This document shows positions 28,040-45,559 of a DNA stretch of 64,000 bases, piece after piece (the stretch's first letter is position 1; every line of letters begins with the position of its first letter). Under the pieces are notes generated by a model that was not told the origin of the DNA, searched no databases, and saw only the letters and a program-made list of their open reading frames with translations. The stretch comes from the human T2T-CHM13v2.0 reference genome, Homo sapiens: assembly GCF_009914755.1 (NCBI RefSeq), contig NC_060928.1. One strand, given 5' to 3'. The position numbers and the translations under genes are program-made.

Positions 28040-28478
28040 TCTAAAGGCAATTTTATAACTTTATTGGATGTATTTGATGATCAGCAGTTAGTTCTCATCC
28101 ACATCGACTGTCTGTAGACTTTTGAAAGTGGTAACAGGTACATAAGTAGCCAAAGGATAGAGCTTATTTGGTGAATCTTTATCCTCATTACATTTTCTGG
28201 ACAAGCACACATGGATACAATATGGGACATCCCTTATTCCTTTGGCCCAGACAGCTTTGTTGAGCCTGGTATCAATGCACATATCTGGAGTTCCCATCTC
28301 CTTCATGGAAAATTTCCGAATCTCTTTGAGTGCCTGAGGGGCACGCTTCTTGAAGCCCACTCCATGGATGCACTTGTGAATGTTGATGGTGTATTCTCAG
28401 GTCACCACCGCATTGATGGCAGAATGGCCCTTTTTCTTCTCACCACCTTTCTTTGCGGGAGCCATTCTGCTGGGTCCC
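28040..28478 (-). pseudogene. RPL31P26: RPL31 processed pseudogene (symbol from recalled locus, unverified)
   Basis: Intronless MAPAKKGGEKKKG...QTVDVDEN at 28465-28088; R23 CGA>TGA at 28397-28399; AATAAA at 28060-28065; TSD AAATTTTTCTT at 28029-28039 and 28479-28489. Confidence 0.95.
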
Positions 28479-29517
28479 AAATTTTTCTTATTATTATATC
28501 TGTTAGGGTGATCTGTGATCAGTGATCTTTGGTGTTACTCTTTTAATTGTTTGGGGGAACCACAAACTGTGCCCATAGAAGACAGCAAATGTAATTGATA
28601 AATAATATGTGTTCTGACTGCTCCACCCACCTGCCTGCCGTTCTTTCATCTCTCTCCCTCTCCTTGGGCCTCCCTATTCCCTGAGACACAACAACACTTA
28701 AATTAGGCCAATTAATTACCTTATAATGGCCTCTAAGTGTTTAAGTGAAAGAAGAGTCACACTTCTGTCACTTTAAATCAAAAGCAGAAATGATTGAGCT
28801 TAGTGAGAAAGACCTGTCAAAGGCTGAGATAGATGGGAAGTTTAGGCCTCCTGTACCAAACAGTTGGCCAAGTTGTAAATGCAAAGGAAAAGTTCTTGAA
28901 GGAAATTAAAAGCACTACTCCAGTGAACACATGAATGAGAAGAAAACAAAACAGCCTTATTGCTGATACGGAGAAAGTTTGAGTGGTCTGGATAGAAGAT
29001 CAAACCAACCATAATAGTTCCTTAAGCCAAAGCCTAAGCCAGAGCAAGACCCTAACTCTCTTCAATTCTACGAAGGCTGAGAGAGGCAAGGAAGCTGCAG
29101 AAGAAAAGTTTGAAGCTAGTAGAGGTTGGTTCTTGAGGTTAAAGGAAAGAACTCATCTGCATAACATTAAAGTACAAGGTAAAGCAGCAAATGCTAATAG
29201 AAAAGCTTCAAGTACCCAGAAGCTTCGAGTACCCAGAAGATACACTAAACAACAGATTTTCAGTGTGGACAAAACAGCCTTCTATTGGAAGAAGGTGCCA
29301 TCTAGGAATTTTATAGAGAGAAGAAGTCAATGCCTGGTTTCAAAGCTTCAAAGGACAGGCTGACCCTTTTATAGGGGAAAATGCCTCTAGTGACCTTAAG
29401 TTGAAGCCAAGTGCTCATTTACCATTCTGAAAATCTTAGGGCCCCTAAGAATTATGCTATATCTACTCTGCCTGTGCTCTATAAACAAAACAACAAATTT
29501 ACAGCATGGTTTGTTAA

Positions 29518-29820
<303 letters not shown>

Positions 29821-31639
29821 AGTTTATTAAATATTTTAGTCCCATCATTGGAGACCTACTGCATAGAAAAAAAAAGATATCTTTCAAAATATTCTTGCTT
29901 ATTAACAGTGCACCTAGTCACTCAAGAGCTCTGGTGGAGATGTACAAGGAGATCTGTGTTGTTTTCACGCTTGTTAACACAACACCTGTTCTTCAGCTTA
30001 CAGATCAAGGAGTAATTTTGACTCTCAAGTCTTACTATTTAAGAAATACATTTTGTAAGGCTATAGCTGCCATAGATAGTGATTCCTCTAATGGATCTGG
30101 GCAAAGTAAATTGATAACTATCTGGAAAGGACTCACCATTCTAAATGTCATTAAGAACATTTGTGATTCATGGGAGGAGGTCAAAATAGCAACATTAGCA
30201 GGAGTTAGGAAAAAGTTGAATCTAATCCTCATTAATGACTTTGAGGGGTTTAAGATGTCAGTGGAGGAAGTAACAGCAAATGTGGTGAAAATAGCAAGAG
30301 AACTAGAATTAGAAGTGGAGCCTAAAGATGTGACTGAATTGCTACAATCTCATGATAAAACTTAAACAGATGAGGAGTTACTTCCTGTGGATGACTAAAG
30401 AAAGTGCTTTCTTAAGATGGATCTACTCCTGGGGAGGATGCTCTGAACAGTGTTGAAATGACAGCCGAGGCTTTAAAACATTACAAAAGTTGATAAAGCA
30501 GTAACAGAGTTTGAGAGGATCTATCCCAATTTTGAAGAATTTTGAAAGAAGTTATCCTCTGGGTAAAATGCTATCAAACAGCATCTCATGCCACAGAGAA
30601 ATCTTTCGTGAAAGCAAGAGTCAATCAATGCAGCAAACCTCATTTTTGTCTTATATTAAGAAAATGCCACAGCACCTGAACCACCACCCTGATCAGTCAG
30701 CAGCCGTCAACATTGAGAGAAGAGTCTCCACTGGCAAAAAGATTATGACTCACTGAAAGCTCGGATGATCTTTAGCATTTTTTTTAGCAATAAAGTATTT
30801 TTTAATGAAGATATATATACTTTTTTACATATAATGCTATTGCACACAATATACTACAGTATAGCGTAAACATAACTTCTAAATGCACTGGGAAACCAAA
30901 TCATTTGTGTGACTCACTTTATTGCAATATTTGCCTTAATGCAACGGTCTGTAACTAAACCCACAATAGCATCAAGGTATGCCTGTATAGACCCAACTAA
31001 AGCCCTAGCTGCTAGATATTTACAACTCAAATCCCATGTCTTCCAAAGCCTTTCTAGAGTCAATCACTTAGAATTAATCTCTCCTCTTTTGCACTTTCAA
31101 AATGTATTGTCCATACCAGAATTAGAGGTTTTATCACGTATCAGGGTGGGGTTACTTATATTTCTTTCTCATTATTTGTGACTCTGACTCAAAAATTTAC
31201 TGTGTGTCATTTTTCTTTCTCTCCTAGCATCTAACACACCACATGCCCAAATAAATGTTCAAAATGAGATGGGATGTAGCTTCCAAGAGGGGCAGTTCTA
31301 CAGGCCCAGGTTAAACTATTAATAACGCAGCTTTTCCAAAGGCTGTCTACAATATAGCGCAATGTCTCAAGCCCACAGAACCCCAAAAATGGGGAGAAAC
31401 TGTCCCTAGAGAAATGAAATAGAGAAGTAGAAAAGGATGTGGGATCCAGTTAAGAGACACTCTAGCAAGAACAAGGAAGTACTCACTCTTCCAGAATTCC
31501 CTCAAATACCCCATTCTTGCATAAAGAATCTACAACTCTGCCACTGTAGCTGCCCTAGTTGAATGTAAAGTGGTAAACCATGATTATCCCCCACCACATA
31601 TACTATAATAAAAGTATAAGTCATGTTCAAAGTTCTTCC

Positions 31640-31812
31640 ATATATATTACCACATTCCATTCTTAGGTACATGGTTAGACAGGCAGGGTAGGGTATTTTT
31701 TTAATTTTATAAATGAAGAAAGACAGTCTCGGAGATTAATTTTCCTAAGGCCACATAGGCTTATAGTTTAAGGCAAATCTGAAACTGTAATTCGGGTCTC
31801 TTTAACTCCTAT
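31640..31812 (-). mobile_element. MIR SINE
   Basis: TTTTATAAATGAAGAAA...TTTCCTAAGGCCACATAG. Confidence 0.6.
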
Positions 31813-32884
31813 TTCAAAACTGGAGGTGCCGACTACACTGCAACTGTGGTAGGAGTGAGACTTCCAAGCTATGTCTACCATTTACTATTCCTACTCCAGT
31901 TTGGGCTGGGATGGGGAGGGCAGCAAGGAGCTCCTGATGTGGAAGCAGGGACAGTTCAGGTGAGGCAAGGAGAGGGAGGAGGCAGCAAAGGGACGAGCCC
32001 TAGGTGTTGGATTTATTGTGACTAGCAAATTCGGATTCCTGTAGAAGCACAGAATCTTTTCCTCTAGAAGCAGAAACTTTGCTCTTTTAAGACAAACCTT
32101 CAAAGATCACCAATAATGAGAACTAGCCAAGTCAAGTAAAAGCGAAGGACTCTATGCTGGGGTGCAGGAATGAGAGAGCTCCTGGAAACCATTCAGAGGT
32201 CACTGTTTCAGTGAGGGCGGAGAAGGGACTGTCCACTTCTCAGGAAGAAAGAAAATGTCAGGGTCCTTTGAGGTCTCAAAATAGGTAACCTCAAGACATT
32301 TGACCTTGAGAGAAAGTGCTGTCTCTTGACTAAAATCCAGGATGTCCAGCCACAGACAGCAACGACTTTTTATGAACAAGGCTTGCTGACAAGCATGCTT
32401 AATTCAATGTTGTGACACATTATGGGAATTGCCCAACTCCTGTGGCGATATGATGGTAGGCTGGATAGGAAGGATGTTCCAAAATAGAAGGCCAGGCTGT
32501 TCATAAAAACTTTTTGACTCTTTGGCATTTGGTATGAAAAGGCAGGTGTAGGGGGAGGAGTATGTATATTAGGCAAACAGGTAACAGATGTAAATAATAC
32601 ATTTGAAAATGAGAGAGAAAATACTTGTTATTTGCACATAAAATTTACTAAATGCTAAATAGGTCATCAAAGTGAGTAGGTGAAGAAAAAGTCAAAAACT
32701 AAAAATGAACTCGAAGAAGAGCCCAAGAAATCTATAGTTTGAGGGAAAAAGAAAAAAGTAAACAAAGTGATGTCAAGAGATGAATGAATATTGAGAGGGG
32801 AGGAAAAACAGCAAGGCTCTGCTAATATAAATACCTGCTCATCATAGAAAGATCTTTACTGTTTAACCTAAGTTGTAAGAGTAC

Positions 32885-33243
32885 TGCTATGGTCTGAGTG
32901 TGTCCCCCACCAAATTCATATGTTAAAACATTATCTGAAATATAGTGGTTTAAAAGGTGGGGTTTGGGGGAGGTCATGAGGTCATAAGGGCTCCACCTTC
33001 ATGAATAGAATTAGTGCCCTTATAAAAGTAGCCTGAAAAAGCTTGTTCACCCCTTCTACCATGTGAGGACACATAGAAGGTGCTGTCTGTGAGGAATGGG
33101 TCCTCACCAGACACCAAATCTCCTGGTACTTTGATCTTGGACTTCCCAGGGTCTAGGACCGTCAGCAACAAATTTCTGTGTTTTGTAAATTACCTAGTGT
33201 GAAGTATGTTGTTTGTTAATAGCAACTGGAACTAATGAAGACA
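32885..33243 (+). mobile_element. MLT1A-type solo LTR
   Basis: TGCTATGGTCTGAGTG...CCTCACCAGACACCAAATCT...AAGACA; near-TSD AGTAC/AATAC. Confidence 0.88.
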
Positions 33244-33311
33244 AATACCATTTCATAATTTTGTTTTATATTAAGTATTATTCCTTTTTGCTTCGGTGGG
33301 TTTAAAATGCA

Positions 33312-33590
33312 GGCCGAGTGCAGTTGCTCACACCTGTAATCCTAGCAGTTTGGGAGGCTGAGGTAGGAGGATTGCCTGGGCCCAGGAGTTCAAGACCAGC
33401 CTAGGCAACATAGTGAGACCTCGTCTCTACAAAAAATAAAAAATTAGTCAGGCGTGGTAACACACACCTGTAGTCCCAGCTCCTCAGGATTGCGTGAGCC
33501 TGGGGAGGCTGCAGTGAGCCATGATCATGCCACTGCACTCAGAGTGGGCAACAAAGTGACACTGTATCAAAAACAAAAAGTACAAAAAAG
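33312..33590 (+). mobile_element. AluJ-type SINE with right-arm deletions
   Basis: GGCCGAGTGCAGTTGCTCAC...GCCCAGGAGTTCAAGACC. Confidence 0.9.
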
Positions 33591-33788
33591 TATGGCTTTT
33601 GAAATAGGAAATCTTAATAAAATATGTAATTTATTGGAATGTTGGGACTATAGATAATTTTTAAGATTAAATAGTTCTAATATTGTTTGGGATATTTATG
33701 TGTGAATATATTTATGTGTGTGTGTCTCTATATATTTATATAATACACATATATTTATATATAAGTATATATAATATACATTTTACTA

Positions 33789-36350
33789 TTTAATAAATTT
33801 TATTGTGTATATTTAAGGTATACAACATGATGTTATGAGATACATAGAGTAAAATGCCTACTATAGCAAAACAAATTAGCATATTTATCTTCTCACATAG
33901 TTACCCATTTCCCCCACTGTGGCAAGAGCAGCAATATTCTACTCATTCAGAAAAAATCCTGACTACAATACAGTATTAGTAACTGTAATGCTCATGTTGT
34001 GCTTTAGATCTTCATAACTGTTCATCCTATATATCTGCTTCTATGTATCCTTTGACCTACATTTTCCCATTTTTGCTCTTCCAACCCCAACCCTGGTAAC
34101 CACTGTTTTATTCTGTATCTGTATATTTGACCTTTTTTGTTTTAGATTCCACATCGAAGCAAGATCATGCAATATTTTTCTTTTTGTGTCTGGTTTATTT
34201 CCCTTAGCATAATGTCCTTCAGGTCCATCTATGTTGTGGCAAATGGAAGAATCTCCCCCTTTTTTTAGGCTGAATAATATTCCATTGCATGTACATACCA
34301 CAGTTTCTTTATCCACCCGTTCATTAATGGGCACCTAGGTTTTTTCCATAGATTGGCTATTGTGAATAATGCTGCAATGAACATGAAACTGCAGATATCT
34401 TTATGAGGTGCTGATTTCATTTCCTTTGGGTACATACCCAGAAAATGAATTACTAGGTCATATGGTTATTCTATTTTTAATTTACTTAGGAACCTCCATA
34501 CTGTTTTCCATAATGGCTATACCACTCTGCATTCCCACCAACAGTGTACAAGGGTTCCCTTTTCTCCACACCCTCACCAACATTTGTCTCTTGTCTTTTT
34601 TGTAATAGCTATTGTCATGGGTTTGAGGCAGTATCTCACAGTGGTTTGTATTTGCATTTCTCTCATAATTAATGATGTTTAGAAATTTTTCATATACCTG
34701 CTGGCCATTTTTATGTTGTCTTTGGAGAAATGTCTATTCAATATATAACAGGTTATATGTTTTATCTATATAAACAGGTTATTTTCTTGCTATTGGGTTG
34801 TGTGAGTCCTTTATTTTTTAATATTAACCCCTTATCAGATATACGGTTTTCAAATATTTTTCTCCAATCCATACGTTGCCTTTTCACTTTGTCAGTTGTT
34901 TTGTTGGCTAAGCAGAAGCTTTTCAGTTTAATGTAGTCCCATTTATTTATTTTTGCTTTTGTGGACTGGGCTTTCAGTTTGATGTCCAATAAATCATTGC
35001 CAAGGCCAGTGTCAAGGATCTTTTCCCCTATGTTTTCTTCTAGAAGTTTTATGCCTTCAAATCTTGAATGCAGGTATTTTACCTATATTGAGTTTATTTT
35101 TATGTAAGATAAGGGTCCAATTTCATTCTTTTGCATGAGAAAATTCAGTTTTCCTAGCATTACTTATTGAAGAGACTATCTTTTCCCCGTTGTGGACACT
35201 TTCTTCTTGTCAACACATAAATATATTCACACATATATATTATTAAAAATATTATAACTGTTGAATCTTAAAAATTATTTATAGTCCCACCATTTCAATA
35301 AATTACAAACATTAATACTTCCTATTTCAAAATGTAGTTGATCATATGTGTTCAGATTTACTTTTGGGCTCTTTTTTCTGTTCCACTGATGTATGTGTCT
35401 GTTTTTATGCCAGTACCATACTGTTTTGATTACTATAGCTTTGTAATATAATTTGATCAGGAAATGTGATGCCTCCAACTTTGTTTTTATTTCTTAGAAT
35501 TACTTTGACCGATGATTTGAGGTATTTTGTGGTTTCATAAGAATTTTAAAGCCAGGTATGGTAGCACACACCTGTAGTCCCAGCTACTCGGAAGGCTGGA
35601 GTAGAGAGATCACTTGAGCACAGGAGTTAAAGGTTGCAGTGAGCTGTAATCATGCCACTGCACTCCAGCCTGGGTGGCAGAGCAAGACCCTTTAAAAACA
35701 ATAATAATAATAAAGAAAAAAGAATGTTAGGATTATTTTTTCTATTTCTGTGAAGAATGCCACTGGAATTTTCATAGGGATGGACTGAATTTGTATATTG
35801 CTTTAGGTAATGTGAACATTTTAACAATATTAATTCTTCCAATCCATGAACATAAAATATCTTTCCATTTATTTGTATCCTCTTCAATTTCTTTGATTGA
35901 TGTTTGATAGTATTAAGTGCATAGGTTTTTCACCTCCTGGGTAAATTTATTTCCAAGTTTTTTTGACACTTATCATAAACGGGATTATTTTCTTGATTTC
36001 TTCTTCAGGTAGGTTATTATTTATGTAGAAATGCCATGAATTTTTATATGTTGATTCTGCATCCTGTAGCTTTACTGAATGCATTTATTAGTTCTAACAG
36101 GTTTGTTTGGTGAAGTTTTGAAGTTTTCTATACATAGGATCATTTCATCTGCAAATTGAGACAGTTTTACTTCTTCCTTTCCAATCTGGATACCTTTTAT
36201 TTCTCGTCTTATCTGGTTGCTCCTGATAGTAGTTCCACCACCATGTTGAATAGAAGTGGTAAGGGTAGGCAACTTTGCCTTTTACCAAATCTCAAAGGAA
36301 AATCCCATTAATTAATATGTTAGCTGTGGGTTTTTCATAAATGGCCTTTA
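33789..36350 (-). mobile_element. L1MA7-like truncated LINE with an Alu monomer and a templated insert
   Basis: ORF2 remnants [39 protein letters not shown]; L1MA 3' end at 33789. Confidence 0.88.
35550..35720 (+). mobile_element. Alu right monomer (FRAM or truncated AluJ)
   Basis: Single arm with A-rich tail; flanking AAGAAT(T/G)TTA duplication. Confidence 0.85.
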
Positions 36351-37168
36351 TATATAATTATATTCATATATTATGTGTAATATAATTATATATAAAAGTA
36401 TATACTCATATACTTTTCTTTAAGAGCACTGGCAGAGACCTAGAGATCTTCAGTAGGTTGTGAACTTTAGGTTCACTAGGCTAAACAGAATAATAATTTG
36501 GCTAAAGAAAGAAATTGTTGGGAAGGATAACTGGGTCACTGTAAGGATTATCTCCTGACTGGTCCAAAAAAACAGATGCAGGGAGCTATTAAAAGTGGCA
36601 CCTTGTCTTCACCCACCCCCATCCCTGCCACCCTCAGATGTTAGTCATTAGGAAGTAAAGTAAGAAAGAGCCAAGCCAAGCCCTTCAATTCTGAAGAGGG
36701 GCATTTGGAAAGTCATAGGCCATGACTAATTAAAACAACCCAGCCCTGTCTGACAGCTTTGAAGAGAGCAGTGGTTCTCCCAGCACGCAGCTGGAGATTT
36801 GAGAACAGGCAGACTGCCTCCTCAAGTGGGTCCCTGACCCCTGACCCCTGAGCAGCCTAACTGGGAGGCACCCCCCAGTAGGGGCAGACTGACACCTCAC
36901 AAGGCTGGGTACTCCTTTGAGACAAAACTTCCAGAGGAACGATCAGACAGCAGCATTCGCGGTTCATGAAAATCCACTGTTCTGCAGCCACTGCTGCTGT
37001 TACCCAGGCAAACAGGGTCTGGAGTGGACCTCTAGCAAACTCCAACAGACCTGCAGCTGAGGGTCCTGTCTGTTAGAAGGAAAACTAACAAACAGAAAGG
37101 ACATCCACACCAAAAACCCATCTGTACATCACCATCATCAAAGACCAAAAGTAGATAAAACCACAAAG

Positions 37169-38185
37169 ATGGGGAAAAAACAGAACAGAAAAACTGGAAA
37201 CTCTAAAAAGCAGAGTGCCTCTCCTCCTCCAAAGGAACGCAGCTCCTCACCAGCAATGGAACAAAGCTGGACGGAGAATGACTTTGATGAGTTGAGAGAA
37301 GAAGGCTTCAGACGATCAAACTACTCTGAGCTACAGGAGGAAATTCAAACCAAAGGCAAAGAAGTTAAAAACTTTGAAAAAAATTTAGACGAATGGATAA
37401 CTAGAATAACCAATACAGAGAAGTGCTTAAAGGAGCTGATGGAGCTGAAAGCCAAGGCTCAAGAACTGCATGAAGAATGCAGAAGCCGCAGGAGCCAATG
37501 CGATCAACTGGAAGAAAGGGTATCAGTGATGGAAGATGAAATGAATGAAATGAAGCGAGAAGGGAAGTTTAGAGAAAAAAGAATAAAAAGAAACGAACAA
37601 AGCCTCCAAGAAATATGGGACTATGTGAAAAGACCCAATCTACGTCTGATTGGTGTACCTGAAAGTGACAGGGAGAATGGAACCAAGTTGGAAAACACTC
37701 TGCAGGATATTATCCGGGAGAACTTCCCCAATCTAGAAAGGCAGGCCAATGTTCAGATTCAGGAAATACAGAAAACGCCACAAAGATACTCCTCGAGAAG
37801 AGCAACTCCAAGACACATAATTGTCAGATTCACCAAAGTTGAAATGAAGGAAAAAATGTTAAGGGCAGCCAGAGAGAAAGGTCGGGTTACCCACAAAGGG
37901 AAGCCCATCAGACTAACAGCAGATCTCTCGGCAGAAACTCTACAAGCCAGAAGAGAGTGGGGGCCAATATTCAACATTCTTAAAGAAAAGAATTTTCAAC
38001 CCAGAATTTCATATCCAGCCAAACTAAGCTTCATAAGTGAAGGAGAAATAAAATACTTTACAGTAAAGCAAATGCTGAGAGATTTTGTCACCACCAGGCC
38101 TGCCCTAAAAGAGCTCCTGAAGGAGGCACTAAACACGGAAAGGCAAAACCAGTACCAGCCATTGCAAAATCATGCCAAATTGTAA
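37169..38185 (+). CDS. LINE-1 ORF1p (338 aa), open frame
   Basis: MGKKQNRKTGNSK...HAKL; REKG, ARR and YPAKLS motifs present; expression not shown. Confidence 0.9.
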   Translation: MGKKQNRKTGNSKKQSASPPPKERSSSPAMEQSWTENDFDELREEGFRRSNYSELQEEIQTKGKEVKNFEKNLDEWITRITNTEKCLKELMELKAKAQELHEECRSRRSQCDQLEERVSVMEDEMNEMKREGKFREKRIKRNEQSLQEIWDYVKRPNLRLIGVPESDRENGTKLENTLQDIIRENFPNLERQANVQIQEIQKTPQRYSSRRATPRHIIVRFTKVEMKEKMLRAAREKGRVTHKGKPIRLTADLSAETLQARREWGPIFNILKEKNFQPRISYPAKLSFISEGEIKYFTVKQMLRDFVTTRPALKELLKEALNTERQNQYQPLQNHAKL

Positions 38186-38248
38186 AGACCATCGAGACTA
38201 GGAAGAAACTGCATCAACTAACGAGCAAAATAACCAGCTAACATCATA

Positions 38249-42083
<3,835 letters not shown>

Positions 42084-43798
42084 TGAGAACACATGGACAC
42101 AGGAAGGGGAATATCACACTCCGGGGACTGTCGTGGGGTGGGGGGAGGGGGGAGGGATAGCATTAGGAGATATACCTAATGCTAAATGACGAGTTAATGG
42201 GTACAGCACACCAGCATGGCACATGTATACATTTGTAACTAACCTGCACATTGTGCACATGTACCCTAAAACTTAAAGTATAATAATAATAAAAATAAAT
42301 AAATAAATAAAACAACCCAATAGAAAAACCACCACCTCCTTTCTGATAAAGGGGAAGAAATTAAAGACTTACCTAAAGGGTCTATTATATATTGAGTATG
42401 TGTGCACATGTATGTGTTTTAATGCAAAGTTAAATTAAGTTCTAAGCCAGACAAGTAGAACCTAGAAGCAAATTTTTGACCGAAAAGAAGTCAAAGTGAA
42501 TTGTATTTTATCCAGAGAAGTAAATCTATTTTTATTTATTATTACTTCTTGACTCTTTAAAAAAGAAAAAAAATTTGTTATACTTTTCTGTTAAAATCAG
42601 GTATAAAATAATACTGTTGAAATAGAAGTTCAAACCAGAAAAGAAGAAAGAAACAAATATTCTGACCATAAAGGATAATTCAGTTACTGTGATTGAGCTC
42701 TACACATGGCCCCAAGCTTCTTGGCAGTCAAGAGCAAAAGGAAAACACAGCGAGTTATATAATATCAGTGCAAGAAAGCATACAAACGCTTCAAAGGAGA
42801 AAACCTTTGTTTCTGGTAATAAATTTTCCAAAAAGCATTCACTGCCAAATTAAACAATAACTGATAACAGTTGAGGTCTTATGGAAGGAGTTGCTTGTAT
42901 TTGTATTTCTTAAAGATTACTACATTTTATCTTGACTGAAATTTATTATTCAACTCTAACTTATGAGAAGCCAATATGTATGCTAGTAATGGTATAATTG
43001 TATTGTTGTGAAAAAATGTATAAGAACACGGACAATATGCTAAAATCTTACTTTCTCCCAGTTATTTATAAGCAAACTTTACAATTTAATCGAAGTCAGA
43101 TGCCAGTCCTTGGTGGCATCCAATAGAATTGTTTTTCACCTTCAAATCTACCAAGGGATATAAGGAACTGTCACTATCTTCATAAGTAAGCGAGCATTCC
43201 AAAAGAATCATCGTGACAATGGGATTTTAATGTAGCTTTGATATTTTACTATAGTCCAAAGTCTTGGGTGGGGGTATAGTGGGCTTATTTCCATTTTAAT
43301 GCCAAATGTAGGGGAATGGGTTTGTTCTTGTTTCATAGAATGATAGAGAGAAATGTCTCTACAAAAGTGAACATTGGTACATGGGGAAAGATTATAGAAA
43401 AGATTAAGGAGTGAAAGGTAAAGGCCTTTACCAAAAGACAGAACAAGAACATGCAGATATCAACAAAAGGCTGCCAACAGACACTTAGGAAGGACGCAGG
43501 AAAGAGATACTGGCAGATTTTCAAGGAAAAGATGGATTTTAGAAAGAAATGATGAAAATTGCTGAAAATCCTGCTTTAAAAACAGTACTAAAGAACAAAC
43601 AGAAGAACAACTTACAGAGACTACAGGAATTCTGGGAGATTCAAGGGGTTACTTAGGGTCTAAGGAAAGGTGCATAATGGTAGAATATATATCATGTTTA
43701 TATTATGTGAGAACAGGAGTAATTACACCCACATGAGGAAGCCTTGGGAGTATTGCTACCACAGTCAAATAAAGTAGGAAGAAAAGGAATCCTGTAGG

Positions 43799-43916
43799 TA
43801 ATTCAGTACAGAAATAAGGAAAGATAAGACAGAGATGGTGAAAAGCAGCACCGTGGATAATTCAATACAGAAATAAGAAAAGATAAGACAGAGATGGTGA
43901 AAAGCAGCACCGTGGA
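43799..43916 (+). repeat. 59-bp tandem duplication (2 copies, 2 mismatches)
   Basis: TAATTCA(G/A)TACAGAAATAAG(G/A)AAAGATAAGACAGAGATGGTGAAAAGCAGCACCGTGGA at 43799 and 43858. Confidence 0.97.
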
Positions 43917-44030
43917 TAAAATGAGCATGAATTTGGAGTTAGACTCACTTGGATGTGAATCCCTTTTTTGCCACTCACTAGTTCTGTAATAGGAGACAAG
44001 TTATAAAACTTCCAGCCTCAGTTTCCAGAA
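43905..44030 (+). mobile_element. MIR SINE
   Basis: TTTGGAGTTAGAC...GAATCCC...GCCACTCACTAG...GCCTCAGTTTCC. Confidence 0.75.
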
Positions 44031-44204
44031 TTACGAGGAAAGTGAAAAGGAACAATGTGAAAAATACCTAACAGTGTATTCCATAAGGAAGATTATTGAT
44101 GCATTTATAGAGCACTGAAGGCAGGGTGGGAGAGAGAGGAAGGAAGGGAAGAGAAGGAAAAGGATCCCTGGAATCTCTACTTAGGGAGCCTATAAAGAAA
44201 TATA

Positions 44205-44312
44205 GAGCCAGGGAGGCCCAGGCTGCAGTGAGCCATGATAGCACCACTGCACTCAGCCTGAGCAATAGAGTGAGACCCTGTTTGAAAAAAATAAGAATAA
44301 GAAAAAGAAAAA
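44205..44312 (+). mobile_element. Alu 3' fragment
   Basis: GGCTGCAGTGAGCCATGATAGCACCACTGCACTC plus A-rich tail. Confidence 0.85.
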
Positions 44313-45512
44313 GTATAGACAGCCAAATAAGATAGAGGAGAAAGCCCATGCTGTTATATACCATTAGAAGTCTTAGAGTGGAAATGACCCTAAGAGATTA
44401 TTGAATTCAACTCCCATTTTGTAGATAATTAAACTGAAGCTCGAAGTGGTACTAGCTCAAGGTCACACTGCAAGTTTTCGGTAGATAAAAAGCCTATCAT
44501 CATTATTTTAGAAAACAAAATCAATGTTAGGTAAGGTTGGGTGGTTTATCTGTGGCCCTATATAAGGGATGAGTGTTAGCCCTGGATGGTCTAAATTTTC
44601 AAAACTTATTATCTGAATTTTTTACCTGCTTTTGGCCTAGTCACTTAAAGACTGTTTCCTAAATTTAATGGATAGTGTTTCATATTCTAATTAAATGTAA
44701 CTATAAATCTGAAGGATCTATTGAATATTTTGTTCATTATAAGACTGCCAAGACTGGGCATGTAGCTCTTTGGAGTAAGTAATTATTACCCCCTTTGTTA
44801 GTTTAACCGCTGCCTCTGAAAACAATTTAGTCCAGACTTGTCAATTAATACCGGAATCATTAGTTTTTGGCAACCATGGCTTCTTGATAGCTTTTCCTCT
44901 ATTCTAGCCAAATCCTGGTAGCTATAATCACAGAGATTCTTTTCAATGTTCTATAACTGGGTTGTCATTTTTAAATTGTAGCCAAAAAGAGTATTTCTCA
45001 AAGGAAAAAAAAAAGATTTTTTTAATGAGGAAAATAAATTCTGTTCCAGCCAATAAAGCATATTGTTGAATGTGTTTCTTAGTAGAGAGTATAAGCATAC
45101 GTTTCAGTTCTTTCTTTTATTGTTGCGAACTTCAAATCACTAAAAAAAAGTACTTGGAATGTGATTTTAGTTTTTGTTTATTTTTTCATCAGCATATACA
45201 ACTAGATATACTCAGGTTGATTTCATCTTAGGATAATGTCAAAGGTACTTGGTTTTACTTTTTAACCACATTTCTCACTAACTAGATGTTTTTAGTCCCT
45301 TTCCATCTTTGCAGAGAAGTGTCAGATTCCCCTAGCTTCACCAAGAAGCTCAACATCTAAATAAGGAGATACTACTTAAATAGTTTGAGGTAATTACTAA
45401 CTCAAGAAAAGGTGTCATCCTGTCTTATTTAATGAGTAAATTATTAAGTAATTTAGTCAGTAAATGCTGAAATAAGAAGAGGGATGTAAGATGATAAAGG
45501 AAGACTTACACT

Positions 45513-45547
<35 letters not shown>

Positions 45548-45548
45548 G
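45513..45548. repeat. (CAT)n microsatellite
   Basis: Direct reading. Confidence 0.95.
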
Positions 45549-45559
45549 ACCATCACCTT

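Noticed and set aside
28211-28525. 104-aa plus-strand ORF
   Set aside because: Antisense shadow of the RPL31 pseudogene.
36857-37045. Antisense ORF in the L1 5' UTR as ORF0
   Set aside because: ORF0 lies in the more 5' part of the UTR that this copy lacks.
42135-42156. G-quadruplex-like G runs (also ~55415-55437)
   Set aside because: Standard L1 3' UTR feature.
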